The notes under the pieces are model-generated. The model was not told the DNA's origin, searched no databases, and was given only the letters and a program-made list of their open reading frames with translations. Shown one piece after another: positions 62,201 through 64,000 of a DNA stretch of 64,000 nucleotides. The number at the start of each line of letters is the position of its first letter. Position 1 is the stretch's first letter. Position numbers and translations under genes: made by a program. This stretch comes from Scenedesmus sp. PABB004 (taxonomy: Eukaryota). The stretch lies in the NCBI GenBank assembly GCA_014905635.1, contig JABVCE010000028.1, positions 310,001 to 374,000 on the forward strand, in the 5' to 3' direction.

Positions 62201-64000
62201 GGCGGCGCAGCGCGCGCGGGAGGCTCGCCCGCGCCCGGAGCACGCAGGGGGCCGCGCCAGTGCGGCGGCGGGGAGGCGGCGCGCACCTGGCGCGCCTCCC
62301 CGCCCGCGGCGATCAAGGCCTGGCCGTTGGGCTTGGCCGCCTTGGTGGCGAGGCGGGCGAGGAGCATGTTGGGGCCGATGCCTGCGCCGCGGGCGGCCGG
62401 CGGCCGGCGCGCTGGCCCCCATCCGTCGGCGGCGGCGCTGCTAGCTCGGGGGGGGGGGGGGGACGCCGCGCACCCGCGCTGGCGGTGCACTGCGTGGCGG
62501 CGCGGATCTCCTCCCGGATGGCCGCGACGTACGCGTGCGGGTCCTGCGCGGCACCGGCGCGGCGCGGCACAGGGTGGGGCGTGCTCCGCGACTGCGAGCG
62601 CAGCCCGCGCCGCCGCTGCCAGAGCGCGGCGCGGCGCGGCACGGGGCGCGGGGTTCAGGCAGGCCGCAGGCGCCGCGCCTGGGTGAGGCCTGTGATGTCC
62701 AGGAACGCCTCGTCGCAGGAGAGGGGCGCGACCAGCGGCGTGGCGCGCAGCAGGATGCGGTACACCTGTGTGTGTGTGTGGGGGGGGGGGCGGCAGCAGT
62801 GAGCACGAGTTGTTGACCGGCGGCGCCGCGGGCGCGGCCAGCACGCACAGCGGTTCAAGCGCCCTACAACCCCCGTGCGCGCGCGGAGGCCCCACCTGCT
62901 CGGAGACCTCCTCGTACTTTTCGAATTCGTACGGCACCACGAGCAGCCCCGGGCACGCGGCCTTGGCGGCGGCCATGAACATGCCCGCCCGGATGCCGCA
63001 GCGCCGCGCCTCGTAGTTGGCGCTCGACACCTCGCCGCTGCCCGCCGCCGACGCGGAGTGGCACACCGCGAGCGGCTTGCCTGCGCGCGGCGGCGAGGAG
63101 GGGAGGGGGCGGGTGCGGGGCGTGGAAGCGACGCGGCTCAGCGCAGGCGCGGCGTGGCGCAGCGACGAGGGCTGGCGCCGCGCGGCGCGGCGGGCGGCGG
63201 GGGCCGCCGCGCACCCGCAAACTCGGGGCGCCCCACCGCCGCCACGGCGGCAAAGAAGCAGTCCATGTCGATGTGGACCACCACACGCTCGCCGCCGGCG
63301 CCGCGCGGGCCCGCCGCCGCCGCGGGGCGCCGCTGCGCCTGCGCGCGCTGCGCCTGCGCGTGCTGCGCGTGCTGCTGCTGCTGCGGCGCCTCTGCCATGA
63401 GCGCCTCGATGCGCGCCTTCCAGCTGCCGATGAAGTGCAGCCGCGACGACCTGCGCGGCGGCCGCAGCACGGCGCGCGCGCGCGCGCGTCGAGGGCGCAG
63501 GGCGAGCAGGCGGGCCCGGGGCGGGGAGGAGGAGGAGGCAACTGCGCTCGCGCCAGCGCCGGCGGCGGCGGGCGCGGCGGGCGGTCGCCGAGGCGCCCCG
63601 CCCCGCCCCGCCTCACCTGAAGAAGCTGCCCATGAAGCCCTGGGGGTCGTCCGCGGTGGAGCGCGGCGGGCCCTTGAGCAGGTCACACGCCGCGCGCAGC
63701 CCCGCCGCGGTCGCGCGCGCCGCCTGCAGGGACGCCTGCTCCGGCTGCGGCGGCGGCGCCTGCTGCGCCGCCTGCTGCGGCTGCGGCGGCGCCGCCTGCT
63801 GCGGCTGCAGCGGCGGCGCCTGCTGCGGCTGCGGCGCCGGCTGCTGCGGCTCCAGCTCAGCCTCCCCCGCCGACTGCTCCTGCAGCCCCTGCCCCCGCTG
63901 CTCGCGCTCTGGCTGCTGCCCCTGCTGCCCCTGCTGCTGCTCCTGCTGCTGCTGCCCCTGCTGCTGCTGCGCCTGCTGCTGCCGCTGCCCGAGCGCGGGG
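59228..64000 (-). CDS. REV1: Y-family translesion deoxycytidyl transferase REV1; 5' end lies outside the window
   Basis: SRLHFIGSWK, VVHIDMDCFF, EVSSANYEARRCGIRAGM, SCDEAFLD, GIGPNMLLARLAT, LPGVG, RSVGAEVNWGVRF, KFLGHGVCD; two UBM-like DPxVLAELP motifs. Confidence 0.95.

Overview
Eukaryotic nuclear DNA of extreme GC content (about 80%), from a chlorophyte green alga (LHCBM, PETM, TGTAA poly(A) signals; Sphaeropleales-like by inference). Genes are dense and intron-rich, and most long ORFs in the track are GC artefacts. Sixteen gene models, in order: signal-peptide MOCOS-like PLP enzyme (-), intronless 1508-aa low-complexity protein (+), secreted papain-LysM-LRR protein (+), two LHCBM (-), DUF1997 (-), NAGK (+), tepsin/MTV1 (+), PETM (+), third LHCBM (+), VPS16 (+), Tudor-CID protein (-), 2xCBM1 single-pass membrane protein (+), tandem CCCH zinc finger (+), GT2 glucan synthase fused to GH9 (+), and partial REV1 (-). 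Main findings: (1) a BcsA/CesA-like synthase fused to a GH9 domain that has lost its catalytic acid and bases, 4.5 kb from a CBM1 receptor-like gene; (2) a papain-LysM-LRR fusion; (3) three near-identical duplications (730 bp direct, 2.67 kb inverted, 1.09 kb inverted), each bracketing intact genes and copying promoters; (4) at least 14 GC-AG introns. Several 1-2 nt slips in conserved exons are probably assembly indels. All domain calls are by motif recognition only.
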